Part shown: positions 43,001-53,397 of the stretch, piece after piece
Position numbering within the stretch: position 1 is the stretch's first letter
Layout of the letters: each line of letters starts with the position of its first letter
Source of the DNA: Planctomycetota bacterium
Lineage (GTDB): Bacteria > Planctomycetota > J058
Direction of reading: 5' to 3'
Length of the DNA stretch: 64,000 nucleotides
Assembly (NCBI GenBank): GCA_023954375.1
Contig: JAMLIC010000006.1
Span: 18,972-82,971, forward strand
The notes under the pieces: generated by a model
Seen by the model: the letters and a program-made list of their open reading frames with translations, nothing else
Databases searched by the model: none
What the model was told of the DNA's origin: nothing
Made by a program: the position numbers and the translations under genes

Positions 43001-46000
43001 CGGCCCAGCCGCTCGGCGTTGACCCGCGCCAGCTCGAGGCGCAGCCCGACCGTCTCCGGCCCGCGCGCCCGCGCCAGCCGCCGGTCGATGATCTGCGCCA
43101 GCTCGTCCCACTCGCCCAGGTCGCGCAGGAGGTCGGTGAGCGCCGCCAGCGCCTCCTCGTCCTGCGGCGCGAGCTCGAGCGCCGCGCGGTAGGCGGCCAG
43201 CGCGTCCTGCTTGCGGTAGAGCTTCGACGAGAAGACGGCGCCCAGGCGCTTGTGCAGGCGCACGGCCTCGCCGGCGTCGCCGCACAGCGGCAGGTCGCGC
43301 CGCAGCGTGTCGACGAGCCCCGACCAGTCGCCGCGCGCCTCCTGCACGCGCGCGAGGTCGCCCAGGAGGTTCCGGTCCTTCGGCGCGAGGTGGCTCGCCT
43401 CGCCGAAGAAGCGCGCGGCCGTGAGCAGGTCGCCCAGCTTCTCCTCGGCGAGGTGGCCGGCCCGGCGCAGGCGCGCCTCGCGCTGGCGCGTCCCCTTCAC
43501 CAGCCCGATCTCGAGGCGGAGCGTGTCGAGGAGCTCCGGCCAGCGCTCCGTCTTCTGGTACAGGTCGCGCAGGGCCTCGACCGCCTCCAGGCCGGCGGGG
43601 TTCAGCGTGACCGCGCGCTGGAGCGCCCGGGCCGCCTTCTCGGCGTCATCGAGGCGGTCGCGCAGGACCCGCCCGAGGAGCACGAGCGCGTCGTAGGCCC
43701 GCGGCCCGCGGCGCCCCGCCTGGCCCTCGTAGAAGGTCACCAGCTCGGCCCACCGCGCCTGCCCCGAGAGGAGGCGCTCGAGCTCCGAGGCCACCCGCGC
43801 GTCGTCGGGGACGAGCTGGTGCAGCCGCTGCAGGACCTCGATCGCCTGGTCGTGGCGCCCCAGCTTCTCCTCGAGCAGCGCGGCGCGCTCGAGGAGCAGG
43901 TCGCGCGCGTGCGGGGCGCGGCCGTCGGCCGCGCGCTGCTCGAGCACGTGCGCCAGCTCGGCGTGGCGCCCGGCGAGCCGGTAGGCCGCCTCGAGCGCCT
44001 CGAGCGCCTGCGCCAGGAGCGGGCCGCGCCCGAGCTCGCGGGCCGTGACGAAGGCGTCGATGGCCTCCGACAGCCGGCCGAGCTTCATCTGGTGCCGCCC
44101 GAGCTTGAGCGCGGCCTGGGCCCGCTGCGCGTCCTTGCGCGCCAGCGCCAGGAGCCGCTCGAGGACGACCAGCAGGAGGGCGTCGTCCTCGACCTCGGCG
44201 CACAGCGGCTCGAGCGCCTCCCAGGCCTCCTGGTCGGCCGGGTTCGTCGCCGCCGCCTCGCGGTAGGCGGCGATCGCGCCCGGCGCGTCGGCGAGGCGCA
44301 GGGCGCGGATCTTCGCCGCCCGCCGGAGCATCCAGCCGGCGCGCGCCGGGTCGTCGACGGCCCGGGCCAGGAGCACCGTCGCGTCGGCGAGCTCGCCCCA
44401 CTGGCTGAGCTTCTCGGCCACGCGCGCGTAGGTGCCCAGCGCGTCCGCGTCGGACGGCATGAGCTCGCACGCGGTGCGCGCCAGCCCCAGCGCCCGCTGG
44501 AGCGACGCCTGGCGCGCGTCGCCGGCCGCCTTCTCTGCCAGCGCCTCGCGCAGGCGCGCCGCCTCCAGCGCGAGCAGCCGTCGCCGCTCGGCCTCGGTGA
44601 CGAGCCCCAGCTCCTGCTCGAGCGTCTCGGCCAGCCCCTCGTCGTCGCCGAGCGCGCGCAGGCCCCGGGCCAGCCCGCGGACCGCCTCGAGGTCGTCGGG
44701 CGCGTCGGCCAGGACCTTGCGGAAGCAGGCCACCGCCCGGCGCAGGTCGGAGAGCGCCTCCTCGTACAGGTGCGCCAGCTCGCGGCGCGCCTCGAGGCGG
44801 TCGACCGGCGACGGGGTGTGCTCGGCCAGCGCCTCGAGCGCCTGCGCCAGGGCGCGGAAGTCGAGCAGCTCGCGGGCGACGTCGGCCATCCCGCGCAGGG
44901 CGACGAGCGACACGGCGTCGAGGTGCAGGGCCTCGCCGTAGGCCTTCGCCGCGCCCTCGAGGTCGCGCAGCTCGTGGCGGAGCTGGCCCACGTGGGTCTT
45001 CAGCCACACGAGCCGCCCGCGGTCGACCTTCGCCGTCGCCTCGAGCTCGCAGACGCGGACGACCTCGGCCAGGCGGCCGGCCTGCCGGTGGATCGCCGCG
45101 AGCGCCCGGGCCGCGGGCACGCTCTGCGGGTCGAGCGCGAGCGCCCGCTCGAACGCCCGCGCCGCCTCCTCCTCCTGGCGCAGCTCGCGCTGGAGCAGGT
45201 GCCCCAGCTCGGTCTCCGCCGCGGCGCGGTCGAGCGCGCCGAGGTCCTCGCGGCCGGCCAGCGCGGACAGCGCCTGCGCCAGGTCGGCGTGGCGCCCCGC
45301 CTGGCGGTAGAGGCGGACGAGCGCCCGCAGGACGCGCACGAGGAGCTCGCCCGGCACCCCGGCGCGCCCGGCCCGCTCGCGCGCGGCCTCGAGCCGGGCG
45401 GTCGCCGCATCGGGCGCGCCCTGCTCCTCGTGGACGGCGGCCTCCTCGGCGAGCGCCTGGACCGCCTCGAGCTCGGTCGTGGCCCGGGCCGCCCGCTCGG
45501 CGAGCAGCCGCGCCAGCTCGGGCAGTCGCCGCCCGGCGCGGTAGAGCGCCTCGAGCCCCGCCCGCGCGGCGTCGTCGCCCGCGTCCGCCTCGAGCGCCTC
45601 GAGCCAGCAGCCCTCGGCCGCCGCCGGGTCGCCGAGCGAGCCGCGGTGCAGCTCGGCCATGCGGTGGCGCAGGCGCTGCACCTCGGCCGCGGCGCCCTCC
45701 TTGCCCAGCCGGCGCGCCTCGCCCTCGAGGTAGCCGAGGAGCTCCCGGTGCCGGGCCTCGCGCAGGTAGAGCCCCTCGAGCGCCTGGCGCACGAGCCCGT
45801 CCTGCGGGTCGCGCCGGTGGAGCTCGGCGTAGACCTCGATCGCCCGCCCGGGCGTGTAGACCGGTCCGCTCGCCAGCTCGCCCACGCCCTTGAGGAGGAG
45901 CGCCTCGTCGCCCGGGTCGCGGGCGTGCTTCAGCGCGCGCTCGGTGGCGTCGAGGAGCGCCGACGCGTCGCCGGCCGCCTTGGCCAGGCGCATGAGCAGC

Positions 46001-49000
46001 CCGGCCAGGACGCGCGCCTCGTCGGGCTTGGTCCGCTCGACGAGCTCGAGCGCCGCGCGCACGCACACGGCCGCCGCCGCCGGCCGCCGCAGCTTCGTCT
46101 CCAGGATCCGCGCCTGCTCGAGGAGGAGGCGCGCCCGCTCGCCGTCGTCGGCGGTGACCTCGGCCAGCCGGCCGAGCACCTCCTGGTGCGCCGCGTGCTC
46201 GCCGAGCGCGCCGCGCAGGCGCGCCAGCTCGGCCAGCGTCTCGGGGTCGCGGGGCGCCTGCTGGAGGAGGAGCTCGAGCGTCGCCGCGGCCAGCGCCTGC
46301 TGGCCGAGCCGCTGCTCCTCGACCTGGGCGGCGCGGCGGAGGAACGCCGGCGCCTCCTCGCTCAGCGCCCGGGCCAGGCCGGCGCGGCGGTGCAGCGTGC
46401 GCGCCAGCTCCTGCCAGGCCTCGCGGCGGGCGTAGATCCGCTCGAGCGCGTCGAGCGGCCCCGCCCGCAGCGGGTCGCGGCGCGCCGCGCGCTCGTGGGC
46501 GCGCGCGGCCGCCTCGGGGTCGGCCTCCTCGAGCAGCGCCCCGGCGCGCTCGTAGAGGTCGGACGCGGCCCGGTCGTCCTCCTCGACGACGGCCAGCGAC
46601 TGGAGCACGTCGGCCAGCTTCGCCGCGGCGCCGGCAGCCTCGTACAGCTGCGCCAGCTGCCCGAGCGCCGCCTTGTCCTGCGGGGCCAGCGCGCGGGCGC
46701 GCTCGAGCTCCTCGGTCGCCGCGGCGGCGTCGCCCAGCCGGTCGCGCAGGACGGCCGCGCGCTCGAGGCGCCGCGCCAGCTGCGCGGCCCGCTCGCGGGC
46801 CACGTCGGCCTCCCGCGCGAGCAGGTCGGCCGCCTCCGCCCAGCGCTCCGCCTCGAGCAGGTAGCGGCGCAGGAGCGCCAGCACCGAGGCGTTGTCGGGC
46901 ACCTCCTCCAGCGCCTCGCGCAGGGCCTGGATCGCCTCGTCGCGCCGGCCCAGCCGCTCGTGCGCGTCGGCCACCTTGAGCGCCCACTGGGCGCGCTTGC
47001 GCGGGTCGACCTCCTGGTCGCGCAGGCGCTGGCGCACGCGCACGAGGTCGGTCCAGGCGCCGGCCGCCTGGTGGACGCGCTCGAGGCCGACGAGCGGGCG
47101 CGGGTCGTCGGGCGCCCGGGCGGCGGCCTCGGCGTAAGCCGTCGCCGCCTCGGCGCCGCGGCCGAGGTGCCGCTCGAGGACCTCGCCCAGCTCGACGTAC
47201 AGCGCGGCGAGCGCGCGGGCATCGGCCTCCCCCGATGCTGCGTGGCGCGCCGCCATCGCGGCGGCCTCCGCCCGGAGGACGCGCGCCAGCTCCTCCCACG
47301 CGTGGGCGGCGGCGTAGAGGCGGCGCAGCCCCTCGGTCGCGGCCGGGTCACCCGGGCGCAGGGCCAGGACCTGCTCCCAGTGGCCGCGCGCCTCCTGCGC
47401 GCTCTTCAGCTCGTCCTCGGCCAGGCGCGCCATGCGCTCGTGCAGGGCGGCGCGCTCGTCCGCCGAGGGGGCGTGCGCGGCGAAGCGGCGCAGGAGGTCG
47501 TAGAGCCGCGCCGGCTCGCCGGCCTGCACGAGCAGGCGCTCGAGGGCCTCGAAGGCCGGCCGGCAGCGCGGGTCGCGCGCCAGCGCCGCCTCGAGGAGCG
47601 CCTCGGCGCGCGGGCGCAGGTCGAGCGCGGCGTAGCGCTCGGCGCCGGCGAGGGCCCGGGCGACGAGGCGCTCGCCCGCCTGGGCGCCCTCCTCCTGCGC
47701 GAGGTGGTCGACCTCGCGCGCCAGCGCGTCGGCCAGGCGCCGGTCGTCCTTCACGCGCGCGCACAGCGCCTGGAGCGCCTCGAACGCGGCGGGGTCCGGG
47801 GCGGCGTCGAGCGCCCGCCCCCAGGCCTGGATCGCGTCGTCCGGGCGGCGAAGCCGCTCGTCGAGGGCGCGGGCGGCGCGCTGCAGGAGCGCGGCCTTCT
47901 CGCCCTTCGCGCGGGCGAAGGCGGCGCGCTCCTCGAGCGCCGGGACCAGCTCGTCCCACAGCTCCTCCTGCTCGTAGAGCTCGAGGAGCGGGTCGAGGAG
48001 CTCGGGGGAGGGCTTGCGCCGCAGGGCGGCGCGGTAGCTGTCGATCGCCTGGCGGGGCAGGCGGAGCTGCTCGCGCTCGACGCGCGCCCGCTCGTCGAGG
48101 AGGCGCGCCGCCTTGTGCGGGTCCTTGGTGAGGTCGGCCAGCGCCCCGAGCGCCGGCGCGAGCTCCTGCCACCACTCGCAGCGGCGGCAGAGCGAGGTCA
48201 GCCGCTCGAGGACGTCCGCGCGCCGCGGGGCGGCCTGCGCGGCCGCGCGCAGCTCGTCGGCCGCGGCCGGCAGGTCGCGCAGCTCCTCCTCGAGGAGCTT
48301 CGCCCGCTGCAGGCGCAGCTCGACCGCCTGGGCCTCGTCGGTCACCGCCCGGCGCTTGCGGTCGAGCGCCGCGGCCAGCCGGGGCCAGTCGCGCGCCGCC
48401 TCGTGCAGGGCGGCGAGCCCGTCGAGCGCCTCGAGGGCGTCCGGATCCTCCTCGAGCGCGGCCTCGAAGTGCTGCGCCGCCGCCTCGCCCTCGCCGCGCG
48501 CCGCCTTGCGCCGGGCCAGCTCGATGAGGCTCCGCGCCGCGCTGCGCGTCCGGGGCACGACCTCCCGCACCCGGAGGAGGAGCGCCTCGTAGGCCTGCTC
48601 GCGCTTCAGCTCGAGGAGGAGCTTGGGCAGCTCGCCCAGGGCGACGCACTGCGGGTCGCCGAGCGCGAGCACCTCCTGGTAGAGGTCGGCGGCGCGGGCG
48701 GCGTCGCGCAGGTGGTGATGGACGATCAGCGCCGCTTGCCGCAGGCGCTCCTCGCGCCGGGCGGGCTCCGCCGAGCGGCGCGCCTGGCACTCGTACGCGC
48801 CGGCGAGCGCCGCCCAGTCGCGCGCCTCGAGGTGCAGGTCGCGCAGGCGGCGCCAGGCGTCCTCGTCGTCGGGGGCCAGGCGCAGGACCTCCTCGAGCGC
48901 GGCGACGGCGCCGGCCGGGTCCCCCAGGCGCTCCTGCCGCAGGGCGGCGAGGTGCTTGCCCAGCGCCACGCGATGGTCGGCCGCGGGCGTCGCCTCGAGC

Positions 49001-52000
49001 TGGCGCGCGAGCGTCTCCACCAGCGCCGCCGCGTCGGTCTTCGGGTCGAGCGTGCGGGCGCGGCCGCGGAGCGCCCGCAGGTCGGCGGGCGCGAGCGCCA
49101 GGGCCGCGTCGAAGGCCTCCCGCGCCGCGGGGGGCTGCTTCAGGTGCTCGAGGCGCACCTCGCCCAGGGCCACGAGGCGCTCGACGCGCTGCCGCCGGTC
49201 GGCCTCGAGCTCGCCGAGCCGGGCGAGCGCCGCCGCCAGCTCCGCCCAGGCGCGCTGACCGCGGAGGAGCGGGGCCAGCCCGCGCAGGGCCTCAACGCTG
49301 TCGGGGTCGTGCTTCAGGGCCTGCTCGTAGGTGGCGCGGCCGCCGCCCTTGTCCTTGCGCTGCCCGGCGGCGAGGCGGACCAGCAGCGCGGCCTTCCGCT
49401 TCGGGTCCGGCTCGAGCTCGGCCTCGCGCGCGGTCCAGCGCGCCAGGGCGGCCCGGTCGTTGGCCTCGCGGGCGAGGGTCGCCAGCCAGCGCACGGCCTC
49501 GAGGCGCGCCGGGTCGGCCTCGAGGGCGCGCTCGAACAGCTGGCGGGCGCGCAGGGCGTCGTCCTCGCGCTGGCGCCGCACGCGCCCGGCCTCGACCAGG
49601 AGGTCCGCCCGGCGCGCGCCGTCCTGCTCGAGGCCGCCGGCGGCCTCGAGGTGGTCGGCGAGCGGCGCGCCCAGGCTCATGCGGCGCTCGATGCGGAGCA
49701 GGCAGCGCAGCGCCTCGCGCTCGTCCGGGCCCCAGGCGCTCGGCGCGCCGGCCCCCAGCGCCTCGAGCAGGAGGGCGCGGGCGGCCGGCAGGTCGCCGAG
49801 CTGGAGGCCGCGCAGCTCGGCCTCCTCGCGGAGGACGGCGAGGCGCTCCGGGCGGTCGAGCTCGGCCGGCTCGGCGCCGCGGCGGGCGGCCAGGGCGTCT
49901 GCGAGCGGCCCCGGGCGGTTGGCGGGCCGCAGGGCGCGGACGCGCGCCTCGCGGCACCGCGCCCAGCGCGGGCGCGCCGCCTCGGCCTGGTCGAACGCGG
50001 CCAGCGCATCGTCGAGGCGGCCGAGCCGGGCGAGCATCTCGCCGCGGCGCACGAGCAGCGCGGCCCGCTCGCCCTGCGGCAGGGCCTCCGCCGCCGCGGC
50101 GAGGGCCACCTCGAGGCGGTCGAGCCGCCCGAGGCGCGACAGGAGGGCGAGCAGGGCCTCGTGGCCGGGCGCGTGGGTCGGCGAGGCGGCGATCGCGGCG
50201 CGGTAGGCGTCCTCCGCGCTGGTCGGGTCGCCCGCCTGCTCCTGCACCTGCCCGCGCTCGACCTGGAGGGCGGCGGCGCCGGCGGCGTCGCCCTCGGCCG
50301 CCGCGGCCTCGGCCGCGTCGCCGAGGACGCCGAACGCGCGCGGGAGGGCGTCGGCGCGCACGAGCACGCGCCCGAGGCGCGTGAGCAGGTCGCGCGAGCG
50401 CGGCAGCACCGCCAGCGCCTCGTCGAGGGTCACGGCCGCCTCGACGGGCGCGCCGAGGTCGCGCTCCTGCACCTCGGCCGCCTCGACGAGCCGCTTCACC
50501 CGCACGGCCGGGGGGCCGCCCAGGGCGGCCGCCTGGCGCAGGACGCGCACCAGCTCGTCGTGGCGCCCGAGCCGGCGCTCGACCCCGGCGAGCTGCTCCC
50601 ACGCCGGGTCGTCCGGGTCGCGCAGCCCGGCGGTGAGCGCCTCGAGGGCGCGCCCGGCGCGCGGGAGGTCGTCGAGCTCCTCGTCGCACACGGCCGCGAG
50701 CTCGCGGCGGCAGCCCGCCGGGTCGAGGTCCGGCGCGGGGGGCGCGGGGAGGGCGGCCGCCTCCTCGAGGAGCCGCGCGAGGTCGCCCCAGCGCTGCGTG
50801 CGTCGGTAGAGGCGGCGGAGGCCCTGGAGGGCGGCCGCGTCGGTCGGGTCCTGGGCGAGGACGCGCTCGAGCGCGGCGACCGCCGCCGGCGGCAGGGCCA
50901 GCGGGCCCTCGGCGAGCGTCGCCTGGTGGCGCCACATGTCGGCGCGCAGGGCGGGGTCGGCCGCCTCCGCGGCGACCTGCTCGACCGCGTGCAGGAGCTC
51001 GCGCTGGGCCGGCAGGCCCGCCTCGGCGGCGAGGGCCGCGAGCCGCTCGAACGCCTCGCGGTGGTCGGGGACGGCGCGCAGCGCCCGGTGCCAGGCCGCG
51101 CGCGCGCGGGCGGGGTCCTGCAGCCGCGCCTCGCACAGCCGCGCCAGGTCGGCCGCGAGCGCGCCCGTGCGCGGGCGGTCGCCCTCGACGGCGACGAGCG
51201 CGGCGTCGAGCCGCTGCGCGGCGTCGGCCGCGCGGTCGGCGTCGAGCAGGAGCCGCACGGCCCCCTCCAGCGCGCCCGCGTCGGCCGGCTCCTCGGCGAG
51301 GACCTCCTCGTAGGCGGCCAGCGCGCCGGCCGCGTTGCCGCGCCGCTCCTCGAGGCCGGCCAGCTCGAAGCGGATCCGGCGCTGCGCGGTCGGCTCGGGC
51401 TCGAGGCGCGTCCAGGTCGCCAGCGCCTTCGCCAGGCCGGCGTCGTCGCCGAGGGCGCGGGCCGCGTCGACCCGCAGGCGGACGGCCTCGAGCGCGCCGT
51501 CGCCGTCGGGGACGAGGGCGAGCGCGGCGTCGAGCGCCTCGACCGCGGCCGGGGCCTGGTCGAGGCGCTCGAGGCGCACGGCGCCGAGCTGGCGCAGGGC
51601 GGCGGCCCGCGCCGCGGGGTCGCGCTCGAGCTCCGCCAGGCGCGAGAGCGCGTCGGCCAGCGGCTGCCAGCGCTCCTCGGCGCGCAGGAGCGGGGCGAGG
51701 TCGCGCAGGGCGGGCGTGGGGTCGGCGGGCCCGAGCGCGAGGAGCTGCTCGAGCGCCCGGGCGGCGGCGGGGCCGTCCTTCAGCTGGTCGCGGCGCACGA
51801 GGGCCAGCTCGCGCAGCCAGACCTTCTGGTTGTTGTCGCCGCGGGCGGCGCCGGCCACGCGCCGCTCGAGCACGCGGGCCACCTCGGCCCAGTCGCCCGC
51901 GCGGCGCGCGATCAGCTCGAGGCGCTCGAGCGCCTGGCCGTCCTTCGGGTCGAGCGCCACGACCTGCGCCAGCGCCTCGGCGGCGCGGGCGTCGTCCTTG

Positions 52001-53277
52001 AGCCGGAGCTCGAACACCTCCGCCAGGCGCTTGCCGAGCGCCACGGCGACCCGGCGCTCCTGCTCCGAGCGCCGCGGGTCGACGATCAGCTCGCGCTCCA
52101 GCTCGAGCGCGCGCGCGTGCTCGGGCCAGTCGCCGAGCTTGCGCGTGATCGTCTCCATGAGCTTGAGGGCGCCCACGTGGCGCGGCCGCAGCTCGACCGC
52201 GCGCTTGACGGCTCGCAGGGCCGCGCGCCCCTCGCGCGCCCGGTCGCGCTGCTCGGCCGCGCGCTCCCAGCGCTCGGCCCGCTCGGCGTCCTTGAGCCCG
52301 GGCAGCTCCGCCTCGAGCTCGAGCGCGTGGGCCACCACCCGCGGGTCCTTGAGCTTCTCGCCGAGCCCCATGAGCTGCTTGACGGCGAGCGCGTCCTTCG
52401 GCTCGAGCTCGAGCGCCCGCTGCAGGTGCTTGACCGCCTGCTGCGGCGCGTTGAGCGAGGTGTCGTGGATCGTGGCCAGCCGCTTGAGGAGGCGCACGCG
52501 CTCCTTCGGGTCGTCCTGGGCCACCTCGAGGTGCTGGAAGAGGCCCCGCGCGGCCAGGGCCCACTCACCGCGGCGCTCGAAGAAGCGGGTGATCGTGCCG
52601 AGGATGCGCGCGTCCTTCGGGCCGGCGTCGAGGGCGGCGGCGAACGCCCGCGTCGCCTCCTCGGGGTCCTTGGCGCTCTCGTCGAGGATCGTCCCGGCGA
52701 GGAAGTGGTAGATCGCGGCCTGCTTGTCCTGCGCCGCGCCGGCGAGCGCCCGGTAGGCCTGCACGAGCGCGTCCCAGCGCTGGTGCTTCTTGGCCAGCTG
52801 CTCGAGGTCGTCGAGCGGCAGGCGGCTCTTCGGGTTGGCCTCGATCGCCTGCAGGAGGGCCGCGAGCGCCTCCTGCGGCTTGCCCTCCTCGCGCAGGAGC
52901 CGGCCGAGCTCGTGGTGGAGCTGCCCCAGGCGTCGCGCGTCCTTCGTGACCCCGACCTCGAGCGCCAGGACCCGCCGCGCCCCCGCGCGGTCCTTGCGGT
53001 CGAGGTGCATGGCCTTGAGCGCGCCGAGCGCCGGCAGGTAGGTGCGCCGCACCTCGAACGCGCGCAGGAAGAAGCCCTCGGCCTGCTCGGCGCGCGAGAG
53101 ATGGTCGAGCGAGACCTCGCCCGCGCGGTAGAGCATGCGCTCGCGGAGGCCGTCGTCGTCGACGGCGTCGGCGCGCGCCGCGTAGAGGGAGACCAGGTCG
53201 GCCCACCGCTGGGCGCCCTGGAGCCGCTGCTCCTCATCCTGGAAGAGCTTCGCGCTGCGGACGACGCTCTCGTTCAT
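40087..53277 (-). CDS. giant tetratricopeptide-repeat (TPR) protein, 4396 aa, with a distinct non-repeat C-terminal domain (~270 aa)
   Basis: Single 13.2-kb ORF. ATG at 53277. Continuous TPR-like periodicity (…AxxxYxxALxxxPxxxxAL…) over about 4100 aa. The last ~270 aa (…DIYWMPDWRRPEPVLGHSKTPSLILCPEVF…) are non-repetitive. The equally long antisense ORF 39880..54201 is R/G/E/A low-complexity and judged spurious. Confidence 0.8.
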   Translation of the reverse strand: MNESVVRSAKLFQDEEQRLQGAQRWADLVSLYAARADAVDDDGLRERMLYRAGEVSLDHLSRAEQAEGFFLRAFEVRRTYLPALGALKAMHLDRKDRAGARRVLALEVGVTKDARRLGQLHHELGRLLREEGKPQEALAALLQAIEANPKSRLPLDDLEQLAKKHQRWDALVQAYRALAGAAQDKQAAIYHFLAGTILDESAKDPEEATRAFAAALDAGPKDARILGTITRFFERRGEWALAARGLFQHLEVAQDDPKERVRLLKRLATIHDTSLNAPQQAVKHLQRALELEPKDALAVKQLMGLGEKLKDPRVVAHALELEAELPGLKDAERAERWERAAEQRDRAREGRAALRAVKRAVELRPRHVGALKLMETITRKLGDWPEHARALELERELIVDPRRSEQERRVAVALGKRLAEVFELRLKDDARAAEALAQVVALDPKDGQALERLELIARRAGDWAEVARVLERRVAGAARGDNNQKVWLRELALVRRDQLKDGPAAARALEQLLALGPADPTPALRDLAPLLRAEERWQPLADALSRLAELERDPAARAAALRQLGAVRLERLDQAPAAVEALDAALALVPDGDGALEAVRLRVDAARALGDDAGLAKALATWTRLEPEPTAQRRIRFELAGLEERRGNAAGALAAYEEVLAEEPADAGALEGAVRLLLDADRAADAAQRLDAALVAVEGDRPRTGALAADLARLCEARLQDPARARAAWHRALRAVPDHREAFERLAALAAEAGLPAQRELLHAVEQVAAEAADPALRADMWRHQATLAEGPLALPPAAVAALERVLAQDPTDAAALQGLRRLYRRTQRWGDLARLLEEAAALPAPPAPDLDPAGCRRELAAVCDEELDDLPRAGRALEALTAGLRDPDDPAWEQLAGVERRLGRHDELVRVLRQAAALGGPPAVRVKRLVEAAEVQERDLGAPVEAAVTLDEALAVLPRSRDLLTRLGRVLVRADALPRAFGVLGDAAEAAAAEGDAAGAAALQVERGQVQEQAGDPTSAEDAYRAAIAASPTHAPGHEALLALLSRLGRLDRLEVALAAAAEALPQGERAALLVRRGEMLARLGRLDDALAAFDQAEAARPRWARCREARVRALRPANRPGPLADALAARRGAEPAELDRPERLAVLREEAELRGLQLGDLPAARALLLEALGAGAPSAWGPDEREALRCLLRIERRMSLGAPLADHLEAAGGLEQDGARRADLLVEAGRVRRQREDDALRARQLFERALEADPARLEAVRWLATLAREANDRAALARWTAREAELEPDPKRKAALLVRLAAGQRKDKGGGRATYEQALKHDPDSVEALRGLAPLLRGQRAWAELAAALARLGELEADRRQRVERLVALGEVRLEHLKQPPAAREAFDAALALAPADLRALRGRARTLDPKTDAAALVETLARQLEATPAADHRVALGKHLAALRQERLGDPAGAVAALEEVLRLAPDDEDAWRRLRDLHLEARDWAALAGAYECQARRSAEPARREERLRQAALIVHHHLRDAARAADLYQEVLALGDPQCVALGELPKLLLELKREQAYEALLLRVREVVPRTRSAARSLIELARRKAARGEGEAAAQHFEAALEEDPDALEALDGLAALHEAARDWPRLAAALDRKRRAVTDEAQAVELRLQRAKLLEEELRDLPAAADELRAAAQAAPRRADVLERLTSLCRRCEWWQELAPALGALADLTKDPHKAARLLDERARVEREQLRLPRQAIDSYRAALRRKPSPELLDPLLELYEQEELWDELVPALEERAAFARAKGEKAALLQRAARALDERLRRPDDAIQAWGRALDAAPDPAAFEALQALCARVKDDRRLADALAREVDHLAQEEGAQAGERLVARALAGAERYAALDLRPRAEALLEAALARDPRCRPAFEALERLLVQAGEPARLYDLLRRFAAHAPSADERAALHERMARLAEDELKSAQEARGHWEQVLALRPGDPAATEGLRRLYAAAHAWEELARVLRAEAAAMAARHAASGEADARALAALYVELGEVLERHLGRGAEAATAYAEAAARAPDDPRPLVGLERVHQAAGAWTDLVRVRQRLRDQEVDPRKRAQWALKVADAHERLGRRDEAIQALREALEEVPDNASVLALLRRYLLEAERWAEAADLLAREADVARERAAQLARRLERAAVLRDRLGDAAAATEELERARALAPQDKAALGQLAQLYEAAGAAAKLADVLQSLAVVEEDDRAASDLYERAGALLEEADPEAAARAHERAARRDPLRAGPLDALERIYARREAWQELARTLHRRAGLARALSEEAPAFLRRAAQVEEQRLGQQALAAATLELLLQQAPRDPETLAELARLRGALGEHAAHQEVLGRLAEVTADDGERARLLLEQARILETKLRRPAAAAVCVRAALELVERTKPDEARVLAGLLMRLAKAAGDASALLDATERALKHARDPGDEALLLKGVGELASGPVYTPGRAIEVYAELHRRDPQDGLVRQALEGLYLREARHRELLGYLEGEARRLGKEGAAAEVQRLRHRMAELHRGSLGDPAAAEGCWLEALEADAGDDAARAGLEALYRAGRRLPELARLLAERAARATTELEAVQALAEEAAVHEEQGAPDAATARLEAARERAGRAGVPGELLVRVLRALVRLYRQAGRHADLAQALSALAGREDLGALDRAAAETELGHLLQRELRQEEEAARAFERALALDPQSVPAARALAAIHRQAGRLAEVVRVCELEATAKVDRGRLVWLKTHVGQLRHELRDLEGAAKAYGEALHLDAVSLVALRGMADVARELLDFRALAQALEALAEHTPSPVDRLEARRELAHLYEEALSDLRRAVACFRKVLADAPDDLEAVRGLARGLRALGDDEGLAETLEQELGLVTEAERRRLLALEAARLREALAEKAAGDARQASLQRALGLARTACELMPSDADALGTYARVAEKLSQWGELADATVLLARAVDDPARAGWMLRRAAKIRALRLADAPGAIAAYREAAATNPADQEAWEALEPLCAEVEDDALLLVVLERLLALARKDAQRAQAALKLGRHQMKLGRLSEAIDAFVTARELGRGPLLAQALEALEAAYRLAGRHAELAHVLEQRAADGRAPHARDLLLERAALLEEKLGRHDQAIEVLQRLHQLVPDDARVASELERLLSGQARWAELVTFYEGQAGRRGPRAYDALVLLGRVLRDRLDDAEKAARALQRAVTLNPAGLEAVEALRDLYQKTERWPELLDTLRLEIGLVKGTRQREARLRRAGHLAEEKLGDLLTAARFFGEASHLAPKDRNLLGDLARVQEARGDWSGLVDTLRRDLPLCGDAGEAVRLHKRLGAVFSSKLYRKQDALAAYRAALELAPQDEEALAALTDLLRDLGEWDELAQIIDRRLARARGPETVGLRLELARVNAERLGRPEEALKAAEEALGQDARCIEAALLAVTVLRRTARDAKGEAALVRALKRLAGLREGTERADALVEVVEVLRRRPGKGKEAQALEALAEAFKADPAHEAALAQLGAAQEAAGLWDDLLGTYEQAVAHARTEFKRGDLLARIAGLLERRGDVAGAEARYREAIGLAPTHLPALKGLARALHARGAGALGADESAADALARLEDQVADLEQDPRDAAQALVRAGDVRREALGQFPAARQRYEQALQRSPTLFPALAALAELAWAADDAAAALSCLERVASSPELPKDPQRGAELLWARGQLLERAGRAEGAAQSYRQALELVPDHLAALEDLGRLCVQGGGWAAARGVYEELVAQTRPPVARAEHQLVLARVLSKLKETDRALELYRSGLRVAPRSPQAQLELGKLLESKDPREARRHLEYALAGAPPQVEVQARLALADVCELALGDADAAAAHLQATLAIDGEHRARTARRLAEIHGRAERWSAAVRQLTRAIELETDRRKRAELYANLARVVRDRLKQRKLARRCFHQAFVLDPRERHTLDSLLRLLEAEGDLEAQARALGVAADALRGKGDEAALRLRRADLLAQQRLAPEAAAEYERVLELEPGHSGARAALSRLYLELKDVAGIERVQRELLAEDPLLVESYRALADGWRAGGRADPLGQALQALSVLRATTAEEEGAVAAAAGQLPSLRGRLKDEAFAARLLPDACKGPLGDLVRAAGGLLLRQVPDDLKSHGIGWLSARLTLEGDLFPEHRLVKRVCDLLDISQLDIYWMPDWRRPEPVLGHSKTPSLILCPEVFAGLSEPEKAFVIARAVAPLKLGLEVFRALPLEQVRGLLLGLLKACEAGRAFKGDDDKAVRAMVKAAGKASEVLRELAPVHEALWRGRDQLDLEGFRQGVLLAASRAGLLAAGGPLPAVKAILATNVSLRGRVPTKTEGVVKAFRDVPELRDLLAFSVSPGYLELRKKLARG

Positions 53278-53397
53278 GCCCCGCCTGTCGTTGTCGAGGA
53301 AGCGCCGCTAGTCGTAACTCTTGCGGAGGTAACAGCTAGGAGCGTCGACAGGCTAGCACCGCGGCCGAGGGCGGGCAACGCCGCCCGGACGGGGGGC